Shown here in pieces: positions 63,800 through 64,000 of a stretch of 64,000 nucleotides of DNA. The first letter of the stretch is position 1. Every line of letters begins with the position of its first letter. Source of the stretch: Antedon mediterranea (taxonomy: Eukaryota; Animalia; Echinodermata); assembly GCF_964355755.1 (NCBI RefSeq), contig NC_092671.1:496001-560000 (forward strand). Reading direction: 5' to 3'. A program made the position numbers and the translations under genes. Under the pieces are notes generated by a model. The model had not been told where the DNA came from and searched no databases. It was given only the letters and a program-made list of their open reading frames with translations.

Positions 63800-63932
63800 T
63801 TGAAAAAAAAGTGATGTGCCCTTATATAGACATGATGATGTCATATGACTACCAAATTTGGGCATATCACTACCATATTTGGGAACATTACACTTTTTTT
63901 GTCAAACTAATTGGATAGTGTAGACAGAGCTT
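63800..63932. mobile_element. MITE family A, copy 8 (left end eroded)
   Basis: gtgatgtgccc..gacatgatgatgtcat..tagtgtagacagagctt. Confidence 0.7.
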
Positions 63933-64000
63933 TATACTGGTTGGACAGCTTTGAAAGTTCATGCCCACCTCTTCCCAGTAAAATTAAATCCATGTGATAT

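Noticed and set aside
63969-64000. Possible further LRP exon at the window edge
   Set aside because: A GTGGG donor is present, but 32 nt is too little and the translation is not recognisable.

Overview
AT-rich, intron-containing animal genomic DNA; a marine invertebrate, possibly an echinoderm, is my inference only. Six protein-coding genes lie head-to-tail, all on the minus strand. I reconstructed them exon by exon with GT-AG junctions and consistent phases: MON1 (last exon outside the window), a CD63-like tetraspanin, CCDC14, a small class I SAM methyltransferase, inversin (INVS), and the 3' part of an LRP2/megalin-like receptor. Introns and intergenic spaces hold 5'-truncated LINEs (one with another LINE's tail nested inside), tRNA-derived SINEs, several MITE/non-autonomous DNA transposons, a 1.1-kb tandem duplication and many homogeneous minisatellites. 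I found no CRISPR array, rRNA or intact tRNA gene, and no strong evidence for a new multi-gene system. The best leads are a candidate alternative Cys-rich first exon of INVS, an LRP2-like receptor with a furin-like RRRR insert and a short NPxY+PPxY tail, 11 tandem copies of an exon end with its splice donor, a minimal Penelope-type hammerhead motif, a MITE family sitting next to splice donors, and RFX X-boxes on a transposon near ciliary/centrosomal genes. Family assignments come from remembered motifs and sequences; no database search was run.
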